A stretch of 63,555 nt of DNA, counting the filler, from Lenisia limosa (Eukaryota; Protista; Breviatea): NCBI GenBank assembly GCA_001655205.1. It is 12 parts of 12 records of this genome, joined end to end, with 100 filler letters (N's around TTAATTAATTAA, not from the genome) between each part and the next. Parts side by side here need not be neighbours in the genome. Positions count along the whole stretch, not along the records: positions 1 to 8,481 come from LPNZ01004141.1; positions 8,582 to 10,928 come from LPNZ01003475.1; positions 11,029 to 13,156 come from LPNZ01005530.1; 9 more parts are not named here. One strand, 5' to 3'. Below are positions 1-11,333 of the stretch, in pieces; positions within the stretch are counted from its first letter, which is position 1, and each line of letters starts with the position of its first letter. The notes under the pieces are model-generated. The model was not told where the DNA came from, ran no database searches, and saw only the letters and a program-made list of their open reading frames with translations. The position numbers and the translations under genes were made by a program.

Positions 1-169
1 AAAGGTATAATCGGAAACACCAAACAAAAAACACCAAGCAATCACAAACACGAGCAACCAACGCTAAAACTAGACAAAAACCAGATGAAAAATACACACA
101 AAAAAAAATGCCGAGCCAGCCTTTGAAGAGTCCTACCACCGCTCGTAAAAATACAAACCTGAGGGTCTT

Positions 170-3100
170 TTCCTCATCAAGGGCTTCTTCAAGACTCGAA
201 ATTCTGGAAGGTCAATGGAATAGTGGTGATAATAATTAACCTGGTATATATCTCTCCCATATCCTCGATTTATTTTTTAAAAAAATCCAGTTTTTATCAA
301 TTGGACACAGCCAACCTGTCATTGAACTGAAGGGCAATGAGTTCGTCTCTCCTCCGAGTCTCTTCCTGCTCCTTTTTCCGGTCTGTTATAGTCTATGTGG
401 TGAATGGGGTTGGGGATAGGGAATTATAATGGTGGTGGAAATATGTGATACTTAAGGCTTCCCTGCGGTCCCAAAAACCCCGTAAATCTCGATAAACCCT
501 CGATAAATCTCGATATTTAAACGGTCTTTTTCAGACCGTAGGGAAGCCCGAGTGTACCCCCCCCCACCTCCTTCAACCGNNNNNNNNNNNNNNNNNNNNN
601 NNNNNNNNNNNNNNNNNNNNNNNNNNNNNNNNNNNNNNNNNNNNNNNNNNNNNNNNNNNNNNNNNNNNNNNNNNNNNNNNNNNNNNNNNNNNNNNNNNNN
701 NNNAATGATTACATCATCAGGGTCTGGCACGCGACCAAGGGCGCTGCGCGTCGGCGTGCCAGGGCGAACTGCGTCAATATCGGCTGTTGGTACCCGGGTA
801 AAGTCAGAGGCCGGTTCAAGGACGTAGCCGCGGTCGGAGGTACGCGGCCGTCTTGAGATGTATTTGTCATTTCTTTCACTAGTTCGGTCATTTCTGTCAC
901 TTCCATCACTGCTAATTCTGTCACTTCCATCACTAATTCGGTATGACGTGGCAGGGCGAGGACCAGATATACGCCTATTTTGTGTCCACGCGTCAAGACC
1001 GTAGGGTGATGGCGGTGATTGGTGCGATTCTTCTGAAAGGAGGATGTGAGAAAATGAAAAGTATGATTATTATCTTCAGGAAATGAAAAAGGGAAAAATG
1101 GGATTTCTATGTTGAAGGAATTAGAAATTGAACAGGTGAGAAAGAAATGTCAAATTCTACATCATAACGGAGATGTTTCATCAAAAAGATTATCATTTGG
1201 AAGCAGTCCACACCATCATGCTTATAAAGGAAATGTTGTCGTCAAAAAAGGAGTAAAATTACTAAAACAATGATATTTATCAATACTTATCAAGAATTCA
1301 TCGATACGTTTTTATTTTTGGAGCGAAGTAAACTCTAACAATAACCCCCAAACCTGGTGGTGACGCAATCCTGACTCGCGCGGGCGTACGGTCCTGTGAC
1401 GCCATAAGGCTGCGATAAGACACATCAGCATCATCTTCATCCCGACTGTCCTCCCCATGAATGTCATAGTCGGTTTTAGTCGCGTAGACCAGGGCTGATG
1501 ACGTGTCACCTTGTCGGATCGGCTTGGAAGTGAAGGGAACTGAACAGCCGGCAGTATGCACACGCGCGCGACTTGAGCGTGGTGGCGTTTCTCGTGCAGA
1601 TGGAGCGGTGGGGACCCTGCAACAGTAACCAATAGCGTGGGCTATACAAAAAAGAAGCCATTTTGATTGTTCTAATCCAATTACATCACAACACCTTTTG
1701 ACACCCTTCACAAATGAGTTATCGAGATAGCTATATCGAGGATTTATTGAGAATTTATCAATAATTGTAGTCTTTGACTCAGTGAATCNNNNNNNNNNNN
1801 NNNNNNNNNNNNNNNNNNNNNNNNNNNNNNNNNNNNNNNNNNNNNNNNNNNNNNNNNNNNNNNNNNNNNNNNNNNNNNNNNNNNNNNNNNNNNNNNNNNN
1901 NNNNNNNNNNNNNNNNNAAAAAGTCCTATTATACACTGACTATGATAAGTCTTGACCGATTTTCCTTGGATAATCACAGAGCAAATTGGTCAAGACCTAT
2001 CCCGAACACTGTAAAACTATCAGTCTGAAATGAAGCCTACCTTGTTGGCGTGAAAGGTCTCCTAGAATTGCCGTCAGGTTGTGCGGTGTAACTTTCATCA
2101 AGACGGCCGGTACGGGATGGGGGGCCTAGGTCCGGGGATGGCATTGACATGGCCGNNNNNNNNNNNNNNNNNNNNNNNNNNNNNNNNNNNNNNNNNNNNN
2201 NNNNNNNNNNNNNNNNNNNNNNNNNNNNNNNNNNNNNNNNNNNNNNNNNNNNNNNNNNNNNNNNNNNNNNNNNNNNNNNNNNNNNNNNNNNNNNNNNNNN
2301 NNNNNNNNNNNNNNNNNNNNNNNNNNNNNNNNNNNNNNNNNNNNNNTGGGGGTTTTGAGAACTGCAGTGGTTCACAGTTTAAAAAGCCGCTGTTGCATAG
2401 TAAATCGATAATGAGGGCGTGAGAATGGGTGAGAATAGAGATTTAGACGGATGGTTCACTTCAGCATTCACCCAATTACCAGAAGCGATGCGATAAGATG
2501 GCTTTGGGCTTCCATAGCGCTGGTTCATACTAAATTATTATGCTGGTTCATACAAAGAGTTATTCTGGTTTATACACAAGAGATATGATATACTACTGAT
2601 TTTTGTAGAGTTATGCACTGTTTTTTATAATAGGAAGTTATGATGACTCATTCTACTGATGGTTTATCATAGGGAGACACGCTGAAGTGTGCTCTTTGTA
2701 TTGATTCAGATTTTCCATTTCTTGTGGTGTTCATAACATGTCACAGAGTTGCATGTGTTCATAACATGTCACAGAGGAATACATGGGTTTTAATGAATGG
2801 GGTTTACCAAAAAAAAGAAACAATCTGTTTCTTTCTATCATATCATATGATAAGATCCTTATCAAGGGATTCACTTCGTGCAAAAAAGACGGAGTTTCTC
2901 GATGAATCCACCAAAGATATCGAAATTTTACTGTTCTTTTCGGATCGGAGTGAAGCCTAATTTTATATGATATCCTTATATGCTTATATGCTTATTTTTC
3001 CTTATCGATAAAACAACAGGCCATAAACGGAAGAAAGTCACGGACCTCGAAGCAAGGTCGCTGAGTCGGTCGCAGGTGGAGTAGCGCAGAGATGATGATG

Positions 3101-6100
3101 CGCTTTCGTTGGGGTGGAAGCCAGCTTCACCTGTCTGGTTAGCTGGGGCATACATTACTGGGGAGGGGGGTTGGAAAATGTATGAAACAAAGTGTCCAAA
3201 ATCAACTCTGTTGGCTGACAACACACAAGGGTTGATAATAACAAAACAAACACAGCCCAGGCCAGTCGCTTCCGAAGCCCCGGGGTATGTTAGGGGATAG
3301 ACAACATATAACTGGGTGTACAATTAATGGAAAATAATACCAAGGACTAATGCCAATTGTAATGAAATGATTGTGTACACATTTGAGTATGTACTCTATG
3401 TGGGTATGTGGGTCTTTATTACTGATTTTAGCTCAAAAACAACCCTAATGGGTCTGGCTAAACACCACCACTGACACTTACCTGGGGGATTGGGAGCGTA
3501 TGTTGGTGAGATGCGGCGTGGGGGTGAGGATGGAGTGGGGTCATAGTGCGGCGGCGAGTGGGAGGCTTCGGGCCCGGCGTGACCTGTAGGGTGACCAGTG
3601 GATCAATGGGGCCAAATTCACCCAATCATTTGCCTTATACACAGCTTTCTATGTGCCTCCCCCATTGATACTCCCCTTGTCATAGTACCCAAGAAATGGG
3701 AATTATATTTTATCGTATCCCCATGTACAGTGACCGGGATAAGTCTTGACCGATATTCCTTGGGAATTCAGAGCAAATCAGTCAAGACTTATCCCAGTCA
3801 CGGTATTATTTCGTATAATACCCAGATTATATTTAATAACATACGTCGATGGAAACTGGAAGATGCCCATTTCATATCCTCAGCAGCTGCAGCTCTCTCA
3901 AACTCCTCGTCCAATGGCGTACCAGGGGGGTGTCTACGGGGTAATGGGGAGGGGGATATGAGATTATTAGACGCAGTTTAAAGAAGTTACCCCCCAGCAT
4001 TACGTTTCTATGTAGCTCCCNNNNNNNNNNNNNNNNNNNNNNNNNNNNNNNNNNCATGATATCAGATTCAGCCTCGTATTCTCCTTCAATTTCTTCATAC
4101 TGTGCGACTTCTTCCTCTTCATATTCTACAATCTCTTCTCCAGAATCAGCAATTTCCTCTTCATATTGTTTTTCTTCCACGTAGTTGTCCTGTCCTTCAT
4201 AAGCTTCTTCCTCTTCATATACTTGTCCATAAACTACTTCCTCACCATATACTGCCTTTTCATCTTCTTCTCTATACGCTTCTTCCTCATAAACCTCTTC
4301 CTCTTCATATTTCTCTCTTCCATCATCATCATCAAAAGCGTCAATCTCATCATAAGCTTCATAACCACCCTCCTCTTGGCTCGGAGTCTTCTCCAACCCC
4401 TCGTCAGCATTTTCATTGAAGTCCACAACCTCATCCGACTCAAAACTCCCGTCTACGCCATGATCAAGATCGTCCAGAGCCCCGCTTGCGGATAGGGATT
4501 GGTATGACGATGACAACCGGTGCTTCTCAGCCGCGATTTCTTCGATCTCCAGCACGGCACTACTTCGCTGTTTCCGAGCCGAGGTTGGGGCTTTTTGGTC
4601 GATGACAACGCGTGGGGGGGACTAGATGTGTAAATATGCGATCAAAAGGGTTTCGAAATGACGGAATTTCGTGACAAGTTCAAGAGCAATAGTGACATGT
4701 ATATATGATATCCATGGTCTTTTCAAGGGTACGTCAAATAAGAAAATTCCTAATATGGCACCGTCAAAAAGACTGAAAATCCATACCAAATATTGATAGT
4801 GGCATTGTCTGTTTACAAGACATTTCGTTTTGGGAAGAAAACCCGTGAAACACCAGTCTTTACTTTTCATACTATATGTATGCAACCATAAGCCCCAATC
4901 AGAACTTAAAGTCGCTTTTTTAAAAAACCCTAACTAAATGCCAGAAACAAACTCTTGATCATATACCGATATTACCAAAGTGAAGCCCACCCCAGGATCT
5001 TCAACCGTAAGTCCTCCCATCGCCTCATCGAGAGATACGATCTTGATGGAAGAGCTTAGACTGGCTCTTTCTTCAGGCTCCTGTAATCGTCATTTGGAGC
5101 AAGGAGTTTTGTTAGTGTCGAATTTCTCCGTTCACATCATCATGATTTTAGGAGATGATGACAAACAATCATATCAATTCCCCAATGGCCAAAACTTGAT
5201 AGAACATATCGCAATCTGACATATTCTTAGTATCATTTTCTGAATAGGAAGAATATGATAACTAAATAATGGGACGAATGCCCTACATTTTGGGCTGCTC
5301 TTTGGAACGACTGCGCAAGAGCCGCATCTTCAAGTGGGTACTCCTATGACAATTAATACTAATCCATTGCAATTATTTACAGCAAAGCTATGAGTGGCTA
5401 AAAATTGCAAGGAGACCAGGTAAGATATGTTTTCTTTTATTTATTGTGATCTCTTATAAGCGTAATGTGGACGGATTCGGGAAACAACCTTGCTTTATTT
5501 CGCATCTCAATATTATGAAGAGGGTTCTTACAATTGTATTTGGGCTGGAGATCGGAATGCTACTCGAGCCCTCGACCGCTTCATCCTATAAACGGAAAAT
5601 AAGAAAAGTAGTGTGCCATTAAGCGGACGCAGTATTTAAAGAACAGTGTCGGTTATATGTTCGTTATTCAAAGTTAAACCCTTAGTAGGGTTAGGTGGTA
5701 CAAATATTCGTTATTATAACTGAACTGGAGAGCTATGGACTCCTCTTAGTAAGGTGTTTCGAGTTTCTTGCGTATCACAATCGGATCATCATTCCCCTCC
5801 ATCCTTACTACAATTCCTAAGAAGTAATTTATCTTTTTAAATCCTCCATTTCCCAAAACAAAACTTAAACATCCCAGACCCACATTGAACAATTTGCGCT
5901 GGGTGTGTCTTGAAGGAGTCCGTGACTGCCTCGGTTCTTGCTGCAGCCCGGGTTCTGCAGAGGCGGGGGTGACGCCCTAGTATGTTAAAGTGGCTCGGTT
6001 GAAGGCCAAAGAAAACTTGACTGATTTAGACTTAGTCTCTGTAAAACAAATTATTACCCACAGTTGAAGGTGGAGGAGCAGCTATCTCGCGTATCTTCTT

Positions 6101-6370
6101 AGCTGAGACCTTCCGCTTAACAAGGCGTGAAGGGGTTGTGTCAGGCTGAAATATAAGGGGGGTTAAGTAAAAATATTACATAGTAGCTCTGATATGCTAC
6201 ATGTAGTATTTTATGATATATTCCTTCTAGAATTGGCGGCGGGGGAGGGGTATTTGTTTAGTGGTAGCTTGGCCCCCGAATAGAGTCATATTGAGGTTTG
6301 GATGCTGAGTCTCTCATACCTGGGTGGATGGCGCGTAGACGGCTCTGCGGGGGAGTCGTGATTGATCCAT
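170..6370 (-). CDS. Multi-exon hypothetical low-complexity/coiled-coil protein (partial; may extend to ~8100)
   Basis: Series of open minus-strand exons bounded by AG/GT, e.g. ~305-365 DRKKEQEETRRRDELIALQFND, 704-1035 Ser/Arg/Asp-rich, 2041-2155, 3057-3157, ~4992-5080 EPEERASLSSSIKIVSLDEAMGG, ~6062-6150 PDTTPSRLVKRKVSAKKIRE. No recognisable domain. Confidence 0.6.
455..549. mobile_element. MITE family A copy (diverged)
   Basis: GGCTTCCCTGCGGTC...GACCGTAGGGAAGCCC inverted ends with a TCGATA-rich core. Confidence 0.75.
1934..2011. mobile_element. MITE family B (Tc1-like) copy
   Basis: TA|CACTGAC..GATAAGTCTTGACCGAT...GGTCAAGACCTATCCCGAACACTG|TA. Confidence 0.82.
2866..2957. mobile_element. MITE family A copy
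   Basis: GGGATTCACTTCGTG...CGGAGTGAAGCC. Confidence 0.75.
3158..3281 (-). repeat. Intronic repeat family C, ends at the splice acceptor
   Basis: GAAGCGACTGGCCTGGGC..TCAACCCTTGTGTGTTGTCAGCCAACAGAGTTGATTTTGG..TTTCATACATTTTCCAACCCCCTCCCCAG, then an exon. Confidence 0.85.
3728..3803. mobile_element. MITE family B (Tc1-like) copy
   Basis: TA|CAGTGACCGGGATAAGTCTTGACCGAT...GTCAAGACTTATCCCAGTCACGG|TA. Confidence 0.88.
4055..4621 (-). CDS. Large Glu/Tyr-rich acidic exon of the same gene
   Basis: Open frame RVVIDQKAPTSARKQRSSAVLEIEE...YEEEEVYEEEAY after a tag acceptor at ~4622; runs into an N gap. Confidence 0.75.
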
Positions 6371-8356
6371 CTATTCAGTCAGATTAGGAAAATAATATCG
6401 TGAGCACTCAGACTGCATGCATAGTAGAGACATACAACTCTCCGCAGTTTAGGGATTGAACTCTGGTGCTTCGTTTATTGATCGAATGTGGTGACATTCA
6501 TAGGAATAAAAACACAATATCCACACTGATTCCTCATTATTAGGCGTACTTATATATCTTTCTCTATTCATAGCCCACAGCATACTTTATGTACATGTAG
6601 TACATTTCTTGTATATTTTTGGGAATCAGATAGACGGAAGCAATGAATTCACATAAGGTTGTTTTAAAGTGTGATCTTTATGGCTTTTCTGTGTTCCCTG
6701 TTTGTTTCTCTTTCTTATTTTTCAAAAGCTATAACTCACATTATTTGTTGAATACTTGAGCATAGGGATATGCCTCCTAGTTCATTGCATATCCAACAGA
6801 GGACACAAACTCGTTTTAAAGTTCATATTAGAAGAAAAATCAACAAAATCCCCCGCTAACTGTAAGATGCTAGCTGAGGAGGTCCGAATGAAACCAGAAG
6901 GCCCTAAGATCTAACAAAGGAATCCCTACTTATCCATATTTCTGTACTTTAATGATTATAAAACACGTGTTTCTCTAGTTTTGCGCACTAAAGAGGCCTG
7001 GAAGCAGCGAAAAATAAAAAACACTTATTCACGGTCGCGCAAGACCCTGTCTGTTTGTGTTTGATTCCCATGTGATTCCCCTTGCTTCCTCTTATGTTCA
7101 TAAGAGATTAAATAAGAAAGTTAAGAAGAAAGGAAATCGCAAAGTCCCCAATTGAAGAAAACTTGGTGGATTTGGGGAGGAGGGCCACTGGCACTATGGA
7201 GTCAGCGAAGCCTGAGTCCGTAAAGCTTCGTCCGGATACTTATGGCGACTTCTGTGGGTTCTAGGATCCGTTTTGGGCTGCTAACACTGTGATGTGATGA
7301 AATTAAGCCTTTTTTGCATTCATATTTTATTAATATTTTTGTATAATTATTATTATTTGTTTTTACGTATACTTGGCTTGGGATACATATTTTGCTATGC
7401 ATGGTGCTTTACTCCTTTTTAATTACATGTGTGTACAAAGTGGCGTTGTGCTGGTGCAATATTGTGACATTCCAAGTTTGAGCAACAGACAAGGAAATGA
7501 AATTACGTTAGCTTTCTTCATACAATGCCAATTTTACACCCCCAGACTACGTCCTGCAAGTTTTCGAGGTCAACGGCAGCGGAAATAGTGAGGCGTCTTA
7601 CGTGTGGTTCGAAGGCTCTGACCTTGCCGTCTTGAAGAAGTGGGAGGGTATTGTGTTGATGCAACAGCAATATAACTGGTGTATATGACACAACAATCAG
7701 ATCCTAATGGACATGGAACAAAAAAGCATATTACAGCAATCAGATCCTAATGGGTATGGAACAGCATTACAAAATCATCCCAACTCCCCCCATAGTATTA
7801 AAACTAACCAATAACCCCGCACAAACTAACTACCCACAATATTAAATATCCAAACTAACTAGTTTTCTAAAGCCCCACAATATCCAAGCTAATTAATATG
7901 ATATACCAGATCAATATCCAAACCTAACCAAGCAGTGGGGAAGCCCGTTTCCTGGAGCTAAAACTCGAGGATTGGGCGCCCCCCAGGGACCCGGACATAG
8001 ACAAGTGGGTCGCAGTGCTCTACTGCCGTCACCGGATGTCGACCGTATTTGCCAAGGGTTGGGAGGGGTTGAAATATGGGGGTGGGATTGGACAAGAGAT
8101 GTGTTGTCTGACTNNNNNNNNNNNNNNNNNNNNNNNNNNNNNNNNNNNNNNNNNNNNNNNNNGGGAGGGGGGGAGTTAACGATATCATTCATTTTCAAAT
8201 AACAGGGGGGATCGAGATTGAATGATAATAAATATTTTGTTCTGGGGTGTTTGCATGGAATCTATTCATCAAAGGAGGATTATTCGGTTCGTGATTAGTA
8301 CCTTTGCTCCAATATTCATCATCGAAATTTCCTTCGTTTTACGTACGCTGGAGTGA

Positions 8357-8481
8357 TGGGATGCGGTGCTGCAGAAGCGATTGGCCTGGGCTTTGTTTCT
8401 TGTGTTGTTAGCAACCCTCGTGTGTTGTCAGCCAGCAGATTTGATTTGGGCATTTTTGTCAGCCAGCAGAGTTGATTTGGG
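8357..8481 (+). repeat. Repeat family C copy (preceded by family D; host strand unknown)
   Basis: TGGGATGCGGTGCTGCAGAAGCGATTGGCCTGGGC... to the scaffold end. Confidence 0.85.
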
Positions 8482-8525
8482 NNNNNNNNNNNNNNNNNNN
8501 NNNNNNNNNNNNNNNNNNNNNNNNN

Positions 8526-8537
8526 TTAATTAATTAA
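8526..8537. other. Artificial scaffold-concatenation linker (TTAATTAATTAA between N runs)
   Basis: Identical 12-mer with stops in all six frames inside ~100 nt N spacers. Also at 10973, 13201, 22708, 32453, 40821, 42457, 49725, 51432, 53824 and 61180, splitting the window into 12 unrelated scaffolds. Confidence 0.97.
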
Positions 8538-8581
8538 NNNNNNNNNNNNNNNNNNNNNNNNNNNNNNNNNNNNNNNNNNNN

Positions 8582-10811
8582 TCAACCTCTGCGATGTTGA
8601 CGACTTCCAAGGAGTGCTTGAATTGGACCACTACCTCAGTTTGGCCAGATCAGAGATCCAGATCTCAATCCGTCTCAACGAAATCAGCTCCATCCACAGC
8701 CTCTTGCTGGAAGTAAGGAGGGGGGTACATTTACTATTATATGATGACTAGGGCTTCCCTCCTATCCCAAAAAAGACTCCCGATAAATCCTCGATAAATA
8801 TCGATGTTTTGATGGTTTTTTTCGGACCGAAGGGAATCCCTAATGATGAGGCTCACTTAACATTATACGATGATGAAGGATGGGGCTTTTCTTTCGTTAA
8901 ACTTCCAAACGATGGGATGCGGTGCTGCAGAAGTGATTGGCCTTTGTTTGTTTTGTTGTTGTTATCAACCCCTTGTGTTGTCGTTGATTTTTGTTTCATA
9001 AAGTTCCCAATTTTACCCCCCTCACGCTGTAGTTCCAGAGCAAGCTATGCAAGAACAAGGACCGCCTTTCACACATTCTCGAAGACCTTGGGCCTGCAGT
9101 GGGGGGTTAGACATAGGGAGCCCAGTGTGGAGATTATTGTTTTTTTTTTTTTTTTTNNNNNNNNNNNNNNNNNNNNNNNNNNNNNNNNNNNNNNNNNNNN
9201 NNNNNNNNNNNNNNNNNNNNNNNNNATGAGAAAAAAAGAAAAAAAAAAATGCTATGATTACAAAAAATCTCATAAAATCCTCTCACAATTTAGTCTGAGA
9301 AGATTCCTATGGCCGAGAACAAGAGCGTTGTCCTTGACCTTGCCTCAAGATGGGCCCAGAGCCTCAAGGTGGGAGAGGTGGCGGCAAAGTGTGTTGAAAG
9401 TGTATATTAGGGCTTCCCGACAGTCTCAAATAGACTTTTTCTCGATAAATTCTCGATAAATATCTATATTTTACCGGTCTTTTTCGGACTTTTGTTAAGC
9501 CCTGTGTAAATAATGAGCGGTTATCTATCATATTCCATCAACAATAATGATGAAACATTTCTGTCAGTAATAATGGTACATTTCTGCTAACATTTCTGCC
9601 AACATTTCCATCATAATGAACGCAGACCTCTTCTGCCGGCAACCAATCCACCTACTCTACCATCCTGCAGAACGTGGTATCCGTCGCCGTATCCGTGGGG
9701 GGAAGTTCACTTTTTTGTTTTTTGAACCAGTAGTTTTTTAAAAAAGAAGCTTAAAGCTGTGTTTTTAGAACAGTTTTTTGAAAATAGAGGGGTCATCTAC
9801 GAGTTCAAAAACAAGTGGACCTCATATTTAGACAAGCGCCATTTACCCCTTTTACCCCCTGTCGAGATCACCCTCTCTCCCAAAAAATAATAATCAATAG
9901 AGATGACCGATTGCAAGAAAACGAGTCAGCTCTTGACCATATATCCTCTTACTGTGCCCCCCCTCCCATTTTTCTTCTTACTGTGCAGTGCCAATCCGCC
10001 CCCCTCTTCCACTCGTGTATGGCTGAAGACGTCATAAAGACTCTCGAGGAGGTATGCTTGTTGGGTGATATTGTTTTTTTTTCAAAAATGGGTTAAGCCT
10101 ATTGTAGAGGAGGGAAGAATGACGTGTGATAGTGTTGTTTGAAAAATAAGTAAAGAGTACTGTAGTGGTACTTAATGCGGAACTTAGTGCGGTACTTAAG
10201 GAGGGAAGGCTTCCTGTTGATTGGTGATTGATGTTTCTTGTACAATAGTAGAAATGACTTGGTAGTTCCCTCGTTTTGCTCTCTCTCTTTCTCTCTCTCT
10301 CTCCCACCCCCCATCATCACCATCAATCTCTTTTTACATGCGGTGCTACAGAAGCGACTAGCCTGGTCTTTGTTTGCTTTGTTGATTCCCTCGTGTGTTG
10401 TCATCCAACAGTTTGTTTTGTTACATAAATTTTCCTATTTCACTCCCCCCCCTCCCCCCAGCAAGCCCAAAGCAACTTGCCGAAGGTTGCAACACCAGCC
10501 ACCAAGGCCCTTCAACTCATTGGCATGTACAGTGACGAAGATAGCGTCGCGCTCAAGGCTGATAACTACGCTACTCTCCGAAAGGACGTGGAATTGGTGC
10601 GTGGAGAAACTAAACTGAACTGAACTGTTTTTTTTTTATCAACCCGTGTGTTGTCAGCCAACAGAGTTTGGGCTTTTTTGTTTCATAATCTTCCCAATTT
10701 TACTCCCCCCCCCCCTAGGAGCTAAAGAGTCTGGACGGGCTTCGTGACCGTCTAGCGGAGGAACTGGCGTCACTGAAGAGCGTTTACAGCGACATTGATG
10801 ACCACCATAAG
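8582..10811 (+). CDS. IQGAP/Gap1(Sar1)-related RasGAP, C-terminal (RasGAP_C-like) region, partial
   Basis: Spliced exons LCDVDDFQGVLELDHYLSLARSEIQISIRLNEISSIHSLLLE / FQSKLCKNKDRLSHILEDLGPA / SEKIPMAENKSVVLDLASRW / ...DNYATLRKD / ELKSLDGLRDRLAEELASLKSVYSDIDDHHK match, in order, motifs I recognise from the IQGAP-related GAP family. Confidence 0.85.
8751..8840. mobile_element. MITE family A copy, TA-flanked, intronic
   Basis: TA|GGGCTTCCCT...AGGGAATCCC|TA. Confidence 0.8.
8913..9032 (+). repeat. Intronic repeat family C, ends at the acceptor
   Basis: TGGGATGCGGTGCTGCAGAAG...TTCCCAATTTTACCCCCCTCACGCTGTAG, then a RasGAP exon. Confidence 0.88.
9410..9502. mobile_element. MITE family A copy, intronic
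   Basis: TA|GGGCTTCCCG...TTAAGCCC with the family core. Confidence 0.75.
10338..10461 (+). repeat. Intronic repeat family C, ends at the acceptor
   Basis: ATGCGGTGCTACAGAAGCGACTAGCC...TTTTCACTCCCCCCCCTCCCCCCAG, then an exon. Confidence 0.88.
10588..10718 (+). repeat. Family C copy that is a complete 131 nt intron
   Basis: GTGGAATTGGTGCGTGGAGAA...TCAACCCGTGTGTTGTCAGCCAACAGAGTTTGGGC..TTCCCAATTTTACTCCCCCCCCCCCTAG; removal joins RKD|ELK in frame. Confidence 0.8.
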
Positions 10812-10832
10812 GTGGGCCGTCCATCATATTCA

Positions 10833-10928
10833 GGGCTTCACTTCGTTTCGAAAAAAGACGGCATTTCTCAATAAATCCTCGAAAACTATCGATATTTTAA
10901 CGGGGTTTTTCGAACCGAAGTGAAGCCC
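10833..10928. mobile_element. MITE family A copy
   Basis: GGGCTTCACTTCGTTTCGAAAAA...TTTTTCGAACCGAAGTGAAGCCC. Confidence 0.9.
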
Positions 10929-11297
10929 NNNNNNNNNNNNNNNNNNNNNNNNNNNNNNNNNNNNNNNNNNNNTTAATTAATTAANNNNNNNNNNNNNNNN
11001 NNNNNNNNNNNNNNNNNNNNNNNNNNNNGGGGTGGGGGGATATGATGTGTATGATATATCATATAATATAGACGGACCTTAACCAAGTCTTTCAGTACCC
11101 AGGTGCCATCAGGGGGTACCGAGCCGCTGCTACAGACCATGGATCCCATTCTCCCTTCGGTTTGGCCAAACTCTCTAAAAGGGTTAATTTCAGGACTCTA
11201 TGTGATTAATTGTTTGAAGAAATGAATTTAAAATTTGAAACTAAAGAGTCTGAAAAGAGGTTCTAGTTAACAGTTATAGTATATCATATTCATACAT

Positions 11298-11302
<5 letters not shown>

Positions 11303-11330
<28 letters not shown>
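11303..11330. repeat. (GA)n microsatellite
   Basis: Direct reading. Confidence 0.95.

Positions 11331-11333
<3 letters not shown>

Noticed and set aside
8526-8537. Recurring TTAATTAATTAA as a biological motif or PacI-site array
   Set aside because: It is always centred in fixed-length N spacers, so it is an assembly linker.
10833-10928. Family A hairpins as rho-independent terminators, REP elements or tRNA-derived repeats (they contain GGTTCGAA)
   Set aside because: The DNA is eukaryotic and spliced, the GTTCGAA lies within a TIR mirrored at the other end, and no cloverleaf or A box is evident.
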